A stretch of 64,000 bases of DNA from an uncultured Candidatus Rokubacteria bacterium (GCA_963826115.1 CAWGVS010000005.1:800001-864000), one strand, 5' to 3'. Numbered from the stretch's first letter, positions 40,493-49,838 are shown. Program-made: numbers and translations. Notes: generated from the sequence alone by a model not told the origin.

Positions 40493-41413
40493 TCAGCGCC
40501 GCGCCAGGCTCGTGAGGAAGAAGCGGAGGTTGGCCGGGCGCTCGGCGAGCCGGCGCACGAAGTATCCGTACCAGTCCTCGCCGAACGGCACGAGCACGCG
40601 GAGGCGTACGCCGAGGTCGAGGAGGGTGCGGTGCAGATCCGGCCGGATCCCGTGGAGCATCTGGAACTCGTAGCGATCGGGGGCCAGCCCGAACTCGCGC
40701 GCGCGGTCCGCGATCACCCGGATCAGGCGTTCGTCGTGGGTCGCGAAGGCCGCGTACGCGCCCGCCGCCTGCGCCTCCTTCGAGAACAGCATGCCGGCCA
40801 GGCGCGCGTAGTTCCGGTCGACATCCGCCTTGCGGGGAAAGGCGAGATCCGGCGGCTCGCGGTAGGCGCCCTTGCAGAGGCGCATCCGGAGTCCGCCCCC
40901 GACCAGGCCGCGAAGGTCGGCCTCGGTGCGGTGGAGGTACGCCTGGAGCACGCAGGCGACGTTCCGCCACCGCCGTCGGAGGCGCCGGTAGACCGCGAGG
41001 GTGCGCTCCGCATACACCGTGCCTTCCATGTCGAGCCAGACCCAGGTCTCGCCCGCCCGCTCGAGGACGCGCTCCACGTTCTCGAGCGCGACCTCCTCGC
41101 CGAGGTCGAGCCCGAGGTGGGTGAGCTTGAGCGACGGCGTCGTGCGGAGCCCGCGACGCCGGGCCTCCTCGAGGAGGTGGACGTAGACGTCGGCTGCGGC
41201 CGCCGCGGCTTTCGGGGACGCGACATTCTCCCCGAGGTACGTGACGGCCGTCTGGAGCCCCGCCGCCTCCAGCCGCTCGAGGACGGCGAGCGCGTCCGCC
41301 GGGGTCTCGCCGGCCACGAAGCGTCGCACCACGCGCCGCGACAGCGGCAGCCGCTCGAGACCTCGCCCGATCGACGGCCTGGTGGACAGGCGGAGAAGCG
41401 CGTCTCGGAGCAC
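40493..41413 (-). CDS. Monofunctional proline dehydrogenase
   Basis: RFVAGE, YLGE, SLKLTHLG, LDME, LQAYL, RLCKGAY, ATHD, EFQMLHG, YFVRRLAERPAN. Confidence 0.93.
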   Translation of the reverse strand: MLRDALLRLSTRPSIGRGLERLPLSRRVVRRFVAGETPADALAVLERLEAAGLQTAVTYLGENVASPKAAAAAADVYVHLLEEARRRGLRTTPSLKLTHLGLDLGEEVALENVERVLERAGETWVWLDMEGTVYAERTLAVYRRLRRRWRNVACVLQAYLHRTEADLRGLVGGGLRMRLCKGAYREPPDLAFPRKADVDRNYARLAGMLFSKEAQAAGAYAAFATHDERLIRVIADRAREFGLAPDRYEFQMLHGIRPDLHRTLLDLGVRLRVLVPFGEDWYGYFVRRLAERPANLRFFLTSLARR

Positions 41414-41474
41414 GATGGCGACCTCAGATCCGCAGGGTGCTCGGCTCGACGCGCGCGGAAGCGCGTCGAGGCCG

Positions 41475-41504
41475 AGTGTAGCAAAGCGGAAAAGAGCCGG
41501 TCAA
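41475..41504 (-). promoter_or_regulatory. sigma70-type promoter of proline dehydrogenase
   Basis: TTGACC-18 nt-TACACT with TG extension. Confidence 0.65.
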
Positions 41505-42475
41505 GGAAGCGACGGTCCTCCGACCTGCGCCGAGGGTGCCGTCGGGCGCCATCCGACCGCGTGGAGGAGGATGCCCTCGCGCAGTCCCGAGTCCGAGACC
41601 ACGGCGTGAGGCAATCCGAGGCCCGCCATCGCGGCGGCGAGGACGATGGCACCCGGGAGGATGACGTCGGCCCGCCCCGTCTCGAGCCCCGGGACGCGCG
41701 CGCGCTCGGCGAGCGGCAGCGCGGCGAGGCGCGCGGCCAGCCGGTCGACGGCGCTCGCCGTCAGACGGTGCCCCTGCACGCGGGCGGCGTCGTACGCCGC
41801 GAGGCCGAGATCGATCATCGCGAGCGTCGTGGGCGTCCCTGCCGTCGCGACGAGCGCGGCGGGCCCGAGCGGGCGGATCCGGCCCCACGCCTCGTCGAGG
41901 AGCCGCGCGTCGACGTACGCCCGGCAGGCGGCCAGATCCGCCGGCTCCGGAGGATCCCGGCGGAAGAAGCGCTCCACCAGGTGGACGACCCCGAGCGCGA
42001 GGCTGACCGCCGTCCGGACGCCCGCGCCCTCGGCGACGAGGACCTCGGTGCTGCCACCGCCGATGTCGAGGAGGGCGAACAGGCCCCCGGGGTGCCGGAG
42101 GGTCCACGACGCGCCCAGCAGGGTGAGGCTCGCCTCCTCCTCGCCGCTGACGACGCGCGGACGGACACCCGGCTCCGCCTCGAGCCGGGCGAGGAAGGCC
42201 GGCCCATCGCGCGCCTGGCGCACCGCCGCGGTCGCGACGAGGCGGACGTCGGATGCGCCCAGGCTCTGCGCGCGGTCCCGGAACCGGCGGACCGCGGCGA
42301 GCGTCCGCTCGGCGGCCGCGGGGGCGAGCGTGCCGCGCCCGGCGAGGCCCTCGCCGAGCCGCGTCACGACCTGGTCGGCCCAGACGGGGACGATGCCTCG
42401 CGCGGGATCCGTCTTCGCGACCAGGACGCGGACGGTGTTCGTGCCGAGATCGATCGCGGCGAGCGGACGGCTCAC
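41501..42475 (-). CDS. ppx: Ppx/GppA family phosphatase (short form)
   Basis: AAIDLGTNT, TRLGEG, ATAAVRQA, SGEEEA, DIGGGSTE, GRADVILPG, VSDSGLREG. Confidence 0.92.
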   Translation of the reverse strand: MSRPLAAIDLGTNTVRVLVAKTDPARGIVPVWADQVVTRLGEGLAGRGTLAPAAAERTLAAVRRFRDRAQSLGASDVRLVATAAVRQARDGPAFLARLEAEPGVRPRVVSGEEEASLTLLGASWTLRHPGGLFALLDIGGGSTEVLVAEGAGVRTAVSLALGVVHLVERFFRRDPPEPADLAACRAYVDARLLDEAWGRIRPLGPAALVATAGTPTTLAMIDLGLAAYDAARVQGHRLTASAVDRLAARLAALPLAERARVPGLETGRADVILPGAIVLAAAMAGLGLPHAVVSDSGLREGILLHAVGWRPTAPSAQVGGPSLP

Positions 42476-44610
42476 CGCGCGCGAGCCGCCGCGCGGTCGA
42501 TCAGCGAGGCGACGGTCGAGCGGATCGTGTCGAGGCCGACGGGCTTCTCGACGATCGCGTCGATGCCATGGGCCTCGAGCGTCTCCTGCGCCACTCGCCC
42601 GGGCCAGCCCGTGATGAGGACCACGGGAGTCGCGGGATGGCTGCGTTTCACCGTCCGGGCCACCTCGAGCCCCGAGCCACCGGGAAGGACGAGGTCCGTG
42701 ACGACCAGGTCGATCGCCTCGCGTCCGAGCAGGGCCACCGCGTCGCCGACGCTGCCCGCGGTGTCCACGAGGTACCCCTCGCGGGCGAGGCTCTGCGCGA
42801 GCGTCTCCCGAACGGCCTCGTCGTCGTCCACCACCAGGACCCGGCGGCGGGCCGGGGGCCGGGGTCTCGCGGCGACCGGCGGCGTCCATGCGCCCGTGGC
42901 CGTTCCGAGGCGGAGACGGGCGGTGGTCCCGCGCCCCGGCGCCGTCTCGAGCTCGAGCTCGCCGCGGTGGCGCTCGGCCATCGCGCGCGCGACGGCCAGG
43001 CCCACGCCGAGGCGTCCCGGCCCCTTGGTCGTGAAGAATGGCTCGCCCGCGCGGGCGCGGGTCGCGTCGTCCATGCCGCGCCCGTGATCCGTCACCGACA
43101 CCTCGACGCGATTGCCGCCGTCCCACCGGAGCCTGACCGTCACGCCACCGTCGCCGTCCGTCGCCTCGCGCGCGTTCTGGAGGAGGTGGTGGAGGACCTG
43201 GCGGAACTCGTCGGGGTGCACGGCGACCGGCGGCACCGTCTCGAGGTCCAGCGCGATCGGCGGTCCCCCGCCCTGGCCGGCCCAGAGGCGCTCGGTCGCG
43301 CGCACCGACTCCCGCACGAGCGCCGCGAAGTCGATCGGCGCCGCGGGCGGCGCGCCGGACGCCGGCGTGAAGCCAAGCACGCCGCGGAGTGCCTCGGCCA
43401 CGCGCCAGGCGGCCTCCTCGGCCTGCGCCAGGTCTCGGGCCGCATCCTGGTCCGCCACACGGTCTCGGACCGCCGCCAGGCGGCCGAGGATGATCGCGAG
43501 AAGACTCGCCATGTCGCCGAGCGGCGCCGGCGCCGCCGGGGACAGCGCCGGAGGAGGCGAGCTCGCGGCGGTCCGGAGAGACTCCGCGTGGAGCCGCGCG
43601 TTCCTGAGCGCCAGAGCGGCGGCGCCCGCGAACGATGGTGGCAGGGAGGTGCCGCACGACTCCGGGCCGCCGACGACCAGGAGCGCCACCAGTCCGTCCC
43701 CCGAGACGAGGGGGAGGACCGCGCGCGGCATGGTTCCGAGCCAGCGCGCGAGCGCCGTGTCGCCACCGGTGGCGGCGGCCCGCCACGGTCGCCCCGACGA
43801 CGCCACGGACTCGAGCGTCATCACGTCGCGAGGCGCCGGGGCGTCGTGGGGCAATCCCGAGGCGCCCGCCAGCACGAAGCCGTCGCCGTTCGGGAGGAGC
43901 ACCGCCGCCACGTCGGCGCCAAGACGGACCGCCGCCTCCCGCGCCACGACCTCGCCCGTGCGCGACGGATCCAGGCTCTCGAAGAGCGTGGCCGGCGCGG
44001 GATCCTCGCGCGGGCTCGCGGGCGGCGGTCCGAGCGCGTCGGCCAGACGGTCGGCCACCAGGACCAGCGCGGCGACCACGTCGGGCTCCATCGGCACGGC
44101 GCGCCGACGGCCGGCCAGGAGCGCGCCGAGCGGCGCGCCCGCGCGGTCCGGGAGCGGCACGACCAGCGCCGCGCCGAGGCCTTCGGCGTCCATCACGGGA
44201 TCTGGCGCGCCGAGTCCCGGGCCTCCCTGCACCACCTCGCCCGAGCGGATCGCGCGCCCGACGATTCCCTCGTCCGCACCCGGTGCGAGCGGAAGCCGGA
44301 ACCCGCGTTGCGCCACGACCGTCAGTCCCGTCGAGCCGTCGGACCGGATGATCGCCGCGCAGTCGGCCCGCGCCTGCGTGAGAACGCGGTCGATGGCGAG
44401 CACGGAGGCCTCCGCGGGCGTGGTGCCCCTCCCGATCGCGAGGAGACTCCGGAGACCGGCGAGGTGGGCGCGGGTCGGCTCGTCGAGCAGCGCGCCGGGC
44501 GGCGCGTTCGCTGCCGCGACGCCGACGGCCTCCGCGAGCGCGTCGAGGCGGCGCGAGATACCGGCGAGAGCCTTGCGGATGTCGCCGAGCGACCCCTCGT
44601 CGCCGGTCAC
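42472..44610 (-). CDS. GAF-GAF-HATPase-receiver hybrid sensor with degenerate HisKA (pseudokinase)
   Basis: Two GAF-like regions; NAREA, DHGRGM, EPFFTTK, GVGL; receiver VDDD...TDLVLPG...ITG...EKP; no His in the H-box. Confidence 0.82.
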   Translation of the reverse strand: MTGDEGSLGDIRKALAGISRRLDALAEAVGVAAANAPPGALLDEPTRAHLAGLRSLLAIGRGTTPAEASVLAIDRVLTQARADCAAIIRSDGSTGLTVVAQRGFRLPLAPGADEGIVGRAIRSGEVVQGGPGLGAPDPVMDAEGLGAALVVPLPDRAGAPLGALLAGRRRAVPMEPDVVAALVLVADRLADALGPPPASPREDPAPATLFESLDPSRTGEVVAREAAVRLGADVAAVLLPNGDGFVLAGASGLPHDAPAPRDVMTLESVASSGRPWRAAATGGDTALARWLGTMPRAVLPLVSGDGLVALLVVGGPESCGTSLPPSFAGAAALALRNARLHAESLRTAASSPPPALSPAAPAPLGDMASLLAIILGRLAAVRDRVADQDAARDLAQAEEAAWRVAEALRGVLGFTPASGAPPAAPIDFAALVRESVRATERLWAGQGGGPPIALDLETVPPVAVHPDEFRQVLHHLLQNAREATDGDGGVTVRLRWDGGNRVEVSVTDHGRGMDDATRARAGEPFFTTKGPGRLGVGLAVARAMAERHRGELELETAPGRGTTARLRLGTATGAWTPPVAARPRPPARRRVLVVDDDEAVRETLAQSLAREGYLVDTAGSVGDAVALLGREAIDLVVTDLVLPGGSGLEVARTVKRSHPATPVVLITGWPGRVAQETLEAHGIDAIVEKPVGLDTIRSTVASLIDRAAARAR

Positions 44611-44617
44611 GGTCGGG

Positions 44618-44646
44618 AGTATAGGAACGGGCCGGAGCGGGGTCAA
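44618..44646 (-). promoter_or_regulatory. sigma70 promoter giving a probably leaderless kinase-ppx mRNA
   Basis: TTGACC-17 nt-TATACT-7 nt-GTG. Confidence 0.75.
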
Positions 44647-44685
44647 CGGGCACCGGCGGCGGGGATCCGGGAAGGGCGCCGGCCG

Positions 44686-44739
44686 AAAAGCCGCGGCGCC
44701 GCCCCGGCCTAGCGAGAGGCCGGCCGGAGCGGCGCCGCG
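44686..44739 (-). terminator. Probable intrinsic terminator after cytochrome c
   Basis: Long GC stem (CGCGGCGCCGC...GCGGCGCCGCG) followed by GCTTTT on the minus strand. Confidence 0.5.
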
Positions 44740-44755
44740 AGCGGAAGAAGCGGAG

Positions 44756-45163
44756 CTACTTCTTCAGGGTCCGGATGTAGTGGATCAGCTGACCCCGCTC
44801 GGTCTCGGAGAGAGCCGCCCAGGGGGGCATCGCCCCGCGGCCCGTCGTGATCTTCCAGAGGAGGCAGCCGTCGGTCTGCTGCTGCACCTTCGCCGAGGTC
44901 CAGTCCGCCGGCTTCGGGTTGAGCGCGGCCGCGCCGGGCCCGTCCCCCTTGCCCCCATCGCCGTGGCAAGCGGTGCACGCCTTGTCGGCGGTCAGCTTCT
45001 TGCCCGCCGCGACGGCGGCGTCGTTCTTGGCGACCGGGTTCTTCTTCCCGTTCTCGGCGGCGGGGCAGGTCCAGGCGCCCTGGGCCCAGGCCGGAGCGGT
45101 GGCGGAGGACAGGGCGAGGGCGGCGATCGTCACCGCCCCGACGAGAATGAGACGACGTGCCAT
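44756..45163 (-). CDS. Periplasmic monoheme class I cytochrome c
   Basis: Signal peptide, CTACH, GKGDGP, distal Met in GAMPPW; SD GAGGAGG. Confidence 0.9.
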   Translation of the reverse strand: MARRLILVGAVTIAALALSSATAPAWAQGAWTCPAAENGKKNPVAKNDAAVAAGKKLTADKACTACHGDGGKGDGPGAAALNPKPADWTSAKVQQQTDGCLLWKITTGRGAMPPWAALSETERGQLIHYIRTLKK

Positions 45164-45194
45164 TGGAGCCTCCTCTTTCAGGCCGGATCGGGGG

Positions 45195-45212
45195 AGGTGA
45201 CGGAATTCACAA
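45195..45212. promoter_or_regulatory. Rex- or CRP/FNR-like operator in the cytochrome c leader
   Basis: TTGTGAATTCCGTCACCT (TGTGA-N6-TCACC) downstream of TTGACC-18 nt-TACACA (45223-45252). Confidence 0.45.
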
Positions 45213-45248
45213 GCACGGATTCTGTGTAACACCGAAGGCGATCGGGGG

Positions 45249-46835
45249 TCAAGCGCGGCCGTCCCTGACATCCGTCGCGCCCTCCTCGGCCGGGCCCGTC
45301 CAGGGGGCGAGGAGCACCAGCATCCCGGCCAGGAGTCCGTAGCCACCGGCCAGGAGACCCGGCCACGCCGACCCGCTGCCACCGGGCCAGAAGAGCCCCC
45401 CGGACTCGAGCGGCGAGTGGACCAGTCCGACGAGGCTCCCGAGGCTTGCCGCCGCCAAGAACGCGGCCGCGCCCAGGAGGCGCCGGTCGATGATCAGCGC
45501 GCTCGCCGCCCCCCAGAGGAGCGCGGACAGGATGAAGCCGTTGCCCAGGAGGCGCAGGGCCTGAACGGACTGGGCCGCCTCGCCCCGGATCGCCCCGGGG
45601 CCGAGCCCGAGCCCGCCGAGGATCGCGCCGAGCTCGATCGTGACGAGTGCCGCCGTCGTCGGCACGAACGCGAGCGCGACCGCGGGCGCGTGGCGCTCGG
45701 GCGTCGCCCGGAAGGCCTGCGCGGTGATCTCGAGGCCGACGAAGACGAGGATGGGGGCGACCGCGGCCTCCGGTACCAGGCCCACGAGGAACGAGACGAC
45801 GCCCACCATCGCCCCGAGGCCGATCACGAGCCCCGTCGCGAGCGTGTACCCGGCCCGCGCGCCCATCGCCTTGTACGCCGGGTGGCCGACGTACGGGGTG
45901 TTCTGGACCACGCCGCCCGCCATGCCGGCGATGATCGTGGCGATGCCCTCGGTCAGGAGGACGTCGCGGGTGCGGTAGTGGTCCCCGGCGGCGATCGCGC
46001 TCTCGGTGTTGTCGATCCCGCCGACCACGGTGGCCAGCGCGAACGGCATCGCCACGGAGAGCGCGCCCCATGTCTCGTCGAGCGCGTCCATCCATGCGAG
46101 CGTGGGCCACGGGAACGCGAGCCGCCACTCCATCGGCGTCGCCAGCGCGTGGCTGCCCGGAGCGATGCCCGCCCAGCGTTCCACGGCGTAGACGAGGCTC
46201 CCGACCACCACCGCGGCGAGGGCGCCGGGGATCCGGCCCGGTAGGGCCGTCCGCCCCACGAGCGCGACGAGGATGAGTCCGAGCGACAGGAAGCCCACGA
46301 GCGGGTCCGTGATGACCTTCAGCATCGGCAGGAACGCGATCAGCAGCACCGCCACGCCCGCGATCGAGCCGAGGAGCCCGGCGCGCGGCACGATCCGCCG
46401 GACGGGCTCGCCGGCGAACGCGAGCGCGAGCTTCGCGACGCCCATGGCCACGGTGACGCCCATCCCGACCTTCCAGGCGAGCACCGGGTCGCGCGTGGCG
46501 AGCATCGTGGGGCCGAGGACGCCGAACGTGATGCCGAAGAGCGACGGCGTGTCGATCCCGAAGGGCATCGCGGTGACGTCCGCCCGCCCCGTCTCGCGGG
46601 TCAGCCGCCGGGCGAGCCACGTGTACCAGAGGTCGCCCACCAGGACGCCGAGCGCCGTGCCGGGGATGATCCGCTGGAACACGAGATCCGCGGGGAAGCC
46701 GAAGACGCCGACGAGCAGGCCGGCGAGGACGACGAGGTTCGTGAGGTTGTCGACGGCGAGCCCGAAGAACGCGTTGACGTCCCCGGCGGCGTACCAGCGG
46801 CCGGCGACGTCGGCGCGCCCGCCGGGGCTGGTCAC
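45249..46835 (-). CDS. NCS2/AzgA-like nucleobase permease
   Basis: GDVNAFFGL..DN, DVTAMPFGIDTP, ESA..AGD.Y, PYVGHPAYKAMGARAGY; many TM helices. Confidence 0.8.
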   Translation of the reverse strand: MTSPGGRADVAGRWYAAGDVNAFFGLAVDNLTNLVVLAGLLVGVFGFPADLVFQRIIPGTALGVLVGDLWYTWLARRLTRETGRADVTAMPFGIDTPSLFGITFGVLGPTMLATRDPVLAWKVGMGVTVAMGVAKLALAFAGEPVRRIVPRAGLLGSIAGVAVLLIAFLPMLKVITDPLVGFLSLGLILVALVGRTALPGRIPGALAAVVVGSLVYAVERWAGIAPGSHALATPMEWRLAFPWPTLAWMDALDETWGALSVAMPFALATVVGGIDNTESAIAAGDHYRTRDVLLTEGIATIIAGMAGGVVQNTPYVGHPAYKAMGARAGYTLATGLVIGLGAMVGVVSFLVGLVPEAAVAPILVFVGLEITAQAFRATPERHAPAVALAFVPTTAALVTIELGAILGGLGLGPGAIRGEAAQSVQALRLLGNGFILSALLWGAASALIIDRRLLGAAAFLAAASLGSLVGLVHSPLESGGLFWPGGSGSAWPGLLAGGYGLLAGMLVLLAPWTGPAEEGATDVRDGRA

Positions 46836-46876
46836 CGGCCGGCCGCCGTCCGCGCGGTCACCGACCCCGCGGGCCG

Positions 46877-47191
46877 TCAGCTCGCCGAGCGAGCGGTGCC
46901 GAGGAGCTCTCGGGCGGCGGTCCGGACGCGCTCGCCGAGCGCCGTGCACCAGGCGAAGCGCGGCCGGCCGGTCGCGACGTCCTGGAAGTCGAGCTCCATC
47001 GGCGGCGACGCGGCCGCCGGGAGGACGCGCTCCCCCAGCTCGAGGCGGATGCCGTAGGAGCGGTTCTCGCGGGGCCCGTCGGCCTCGAGCTGCACCTCGA
47101 CGCGGGGGTCCTCGCGCTTCGCGTGAGAGCGGACGAACGACTCGAGCCAGCGTCCCGTCTCGTGGTAGTCGGCGGGGATCCGGGGATTCAT
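46877..47191 (-). CDS. Small hypothetical protein
   Basis: Fills the gap between nrdJ and the permease on the same strand; globular-looking sequence; no family recognised. Confidence 0.65.
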   Translation of the reverse strand: MNPRIPADYHETGRWLESFVRSHAKREDPRVEVQLEADGPRENRSYGIRLELGERVLPAAASPPMELDFQDVATGRPRFAWCTALGERVRTAARELLGTARSAS

Positions 47192-47274
47192 GCGTGATGG
47201 CACGGCCGGCCGCCCCGTCCCCGGGAATCCCGAGGCGCGAGGCGGCCGGCCGCTCGGATGCTCAGGCTACGCGT

Positions 47275-49557
47275 TCAGCACTCGTTGAAGCCGCACCCGT
47301 AGCACTTCTTGCAGCCTTCCTCGTAGACGAAGGTCGCCTGCCCGCACTCCGGGCAGATGTCCCCCGCGACGAGCTTGGCCGCCGGCGCCGCCGGGGCCGC
47401 GGGCTCCTCGACCTTGGTCTGGCCCAGGTGCTCGGCGATCACCCGCGCGATGCCGTCGGGCAAGGACAGCACCCGCTGCGGGCCGAACCCGAGCGGGCGG
47501 CCGCCGCCGATGCCGGTGAGCTGCGTGACGATCTCCTCGAGACGCCGCTTGGTGGTCAGGGGCGACGGCATCCGGAGGGTCAGGGAGATGAGCCGCCCCA
47601 TCGCCTCGGCGACCGCCATCGTGTCGGAGCCGGCCTTCCCCACCGAGACGAAGACCTCGAAGGGGTCGCCGTCCCCGTGCTCGTTGACGACGACGTAGGC
47701 CGTGCCGAGCGGCGTCTCGACCCGGTACGTCCGGCCCGTGAGGCTCCGCGGCCGCGGCTTGACCACGGCCGGTGGCGGCGCGGAGGCCGCCTCGCGCTTG
47801 TCCGCCTTGCCCGCCTTCGTCCCGACGCTGAGAACGCCCTCCTTGCAGCCGTCGCGGAACACCGTGATGCCGAGGCATCCCAGCTCCCAGGCGAGGAGAT
47901 ATGCCCGTGCGACATCGTCGACCGTCGCCGTGTTGGGCAAGTTGATCGTCTTGGAGACGCCGTTGTCCGTCGACTTCTGGAAGGCGCCCTGGTGCCGGAC
48001 GTGCCACTCGAAGGGCACCTCGTGCGCCGTCACGAAGACGCGCTGGGCGTCCTCGGGCACGCCGGCCAGCCCGTGAACGACGCCGCGCTTGGCCACCTCT
48101 TCCATGAGCGCGTCGGAGTAGAAGCCGCGCTCGCGGGCCACCTCGGCGAACATCGGGTTGGTGAACGGCAGCACCCGGTCGCCCACCTTGTGGGTGAAGG
48201 CCACCGCGAAGGCCGGCTCGACCCCGGAGGAGCACCCCGCGATCATCGAGATCGTCCCGGTGGGGGCGATGGTCGTGACCGTCGAGTTCCGGAGCGGCCG
48301 CCCGTGCTTGTAGATGGACCGGGACCAGTTGGGGAACGGCCCGCGCTCCTCGGCGAGCTTCGCCGACTGATCGTGCGCCTTCTCGTTGATGAAGGCCATC
48401 AGCCGGTCCCCGAGGTCGAGCGCCGGCTGGCTGTCGTACGCGATCCCCATCCGGAACAGGAGGTCGGCCCAGCCCATGACCCCGAGTCCGATCCGGCGGT
48501 TCGCCTTCACGGTCTCATCGATCTCCGGGAGGGGGTACGGGTTGACCTCGATGACGTCGTCCAGGAATCGGACCGACAGGCGCACGACGCGCTCGAGCTC
48601 GGTCCAGTCGACCGCCCACTCCCCGTCCGCCTGCCGGCGGGCGAACATGGCGACGTTGATCGACCCGAGGTTGCACGCCTCGTTCGGGAGGAGCGGCTGC
48701 TCCCCGCACGGGTTCGTGGCCTCGATCATCCCGATCTCGGGTGTCGGGTTCGCCGGGCTTGCGTTGATCCGGTCCAGGAAGACCATGCCGGGATCGCCGG
48801 TCTGCCAGGCAGCGCGCACGATCCGGTCGAACACGTCGCGGGCGGGCAGACGGCTCACCACCTCGCCGTTGTGCGGGGCGATCAGCTCGTACTCCTCGCC
48901 CTTCTGGATGGCGTCCATGAACCGGTCGGTCGCGGCGACCGAGATGTTGAAGTTCACGATGCCGCCGTCGAGCTTGCACTCGATGAACTCGAGGATGTCG
49001 GGGTGATCGATCCGGAGGATGCCCATGTTGGCGCCCCGCCGGGTGCCGCCCTGCTTCACCGCCTCGGTCGCGCCGTTGAAGACCCGGAGGAAGGACACCG
49101 GGCCCGAGGCCTTGCCGCCCGTCGAGGTGACGACGGCGTCCTTCTGGCGGAGGCGCGAGAAGGCGAAGCCGGTCCCGCCGCCCGACTTGTGGATGATGGC
49201 GGCCGACTTCACCGCGTCGAAGATCTCCTCCATGGAGTCCCCGACCGGGAGGACGTAGCAGGCCGAGTACTGGAGCTGGTTCCCCTTCCCCGCGTTCATG
49301 AGGGTCGGGGAGTTCGGCAGGAACTTGCTGTCGACCATCATGTCGTAGAAGGCGCAGGCGATCTCGTGAACGACCGCCGGGCTCTTGCCCCAGCGCTCCT
49401 CCCCCTGGGCGATGGCCCCCGCCACCCGCCAGCACATCTCCTCGGGAGTCTCCTGGACGCGGTCCCCCTCGCGTGTGAGATAGCGCTCCCTCAGGACTCG
49501 GAGCGCCTGCTCCGTCCACTTGCCGACTCGGGGGGGACGCGTCGCTGTGATCGCCAT
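47275..49557 (-). CDS. nrdJ: Adenosylcobalamin-dependent (class II) ribonucleotide reductase with C-terminal TSCPD/Zn-ribbon region
   Basis: FLPNSPTLMNAG, SACYV, QGGTRRGANM, TNPCGEQPL, ACNLGS, TIAPTGT, C-terminal CPEC...EEGCKKCYGCGFNEC; no ATP cone. Confidence 0.93.
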   Translation of the reverse strand: MAITATRPPRVGKWTEQALRVLRERYLTREGDRVQETPEEMCWRVAGAIAQGEERWGKSPAVVHEIACAFYDMMVDSKFLPNSPTLMNAGKGNQLQYSACYVLPVGDSMEEIFDAVKSAAIIHKSGGGTGFAFSRLRQKDAVVTSTGGKASGPVSFLRVFNGATEAVKQGGTRRGANMGILRIDHPDILEFIECKLDGGIVNFNISVAATDRFMDAIQKGEEYELIAPHNGEVVSRLPARDVFDRIVRAAWQTGDPGMVFLDRINASPANPTPEIGMIEATNPCGEQPLLPNEACNLGSINVAMFARRQADGEWAVDWTELERVVRLSVRFLDDVIEVNPYPLPEIDETVKANRRIGLGVMGWADLLFRMGIAYDSQPALDLGDRLMAFINEKAHDQSAKLAEERGPFPNWSRSIYKHGRPLRNSTVTTIAPTGTISMIAGCSSGVEPAFAVAFTHKVGDRVLPFTNPMFAEVARERGFYSDALMEEVAKRGVVHGLAGVPEDAQRVFVTAHEVPFEWHVRHQGAFQKSTDNGVSKTINLPNTATVDDVARAYLLAWELGCLGITVFRDGCKEGVLSVGTKAGKADKREAASAPPPAVVKPRPRSLTGRTYRVETPLGTAYVVVNEHGDGDPFEVFVSVGKAGSDTMAVAEAMGRLISLTLRMPSPLTTKRRLEEIVTQLTGIGGGRPLGFGPQRVLSLPDGIARVIAEHLGQTKVEEPAAPAAPAAKLVAGDICPECGQATFVYEEGCKKCYGCGFNEC

Positions 49558-49641
49558 GCCCAAACCTCCTTGACTCCTGTCTCTGACTCGCTCGCCACAT
49601 CCGAACGGCCACCTGGCACCTGATCACGATGACCTAGGTGC

Positions 49642-49689
49642 ATACCGTATCTTGTGGGCGGGCGAATCCTGGCATACGAGATTTAGGGC
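49642..49689. promoter_or_regulatory. Tandem NrdR boxes over the nrdJ promoter
   Basis: ATACCGTATCTTGTGG (49642-49657) and ATACGAGATTTAGGGC (49674-49689), 32 bp apart; -35 TTGACA at 49690-49695 on the minus strand. Confidence 0.75.
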
Positions 49690-49787
49690 TGTCAACAAAA
49701 TTTCGGCCGACACATCGAGAAAAAGTTCACAAGGGGCGCCGGCATACGCGACTCCCGGCCGCGCGGGAGCGTCAATCCGTCGCGCGC

Positions 49788-49838
49788 TTGACACCCCACC
49801 GGTCCCGCGTCTAAAGTGCGGCGGACTGACCGGTCAGT
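49788..49838 (+). promoter_or_regulatory. Efflux operon promoter with probable TetR operator
   Basis: TTGACA-18 nt-TAAAGT then perfect palindrome ACTGACCGGTCAGT (49825-49838). Confidence 0.75.

Noticed and set aside
41501-44653. Apparent large fusion ORFs (1050-aa Ppx, 870-aa GT, 793-aa LptE, 682-aa Cys-rich protein, 648-aa VOC)
   Set aside because: The N-terminal extensions are off-frame read-through across neighbouring genes; the true starts are internal.
47275-49557. Intein or cobalamin riboswitch at nrdJ
   Set aside because: Catalytic motifs are contiguous at normal length, and the leader is short and explained by NrdR boxes.
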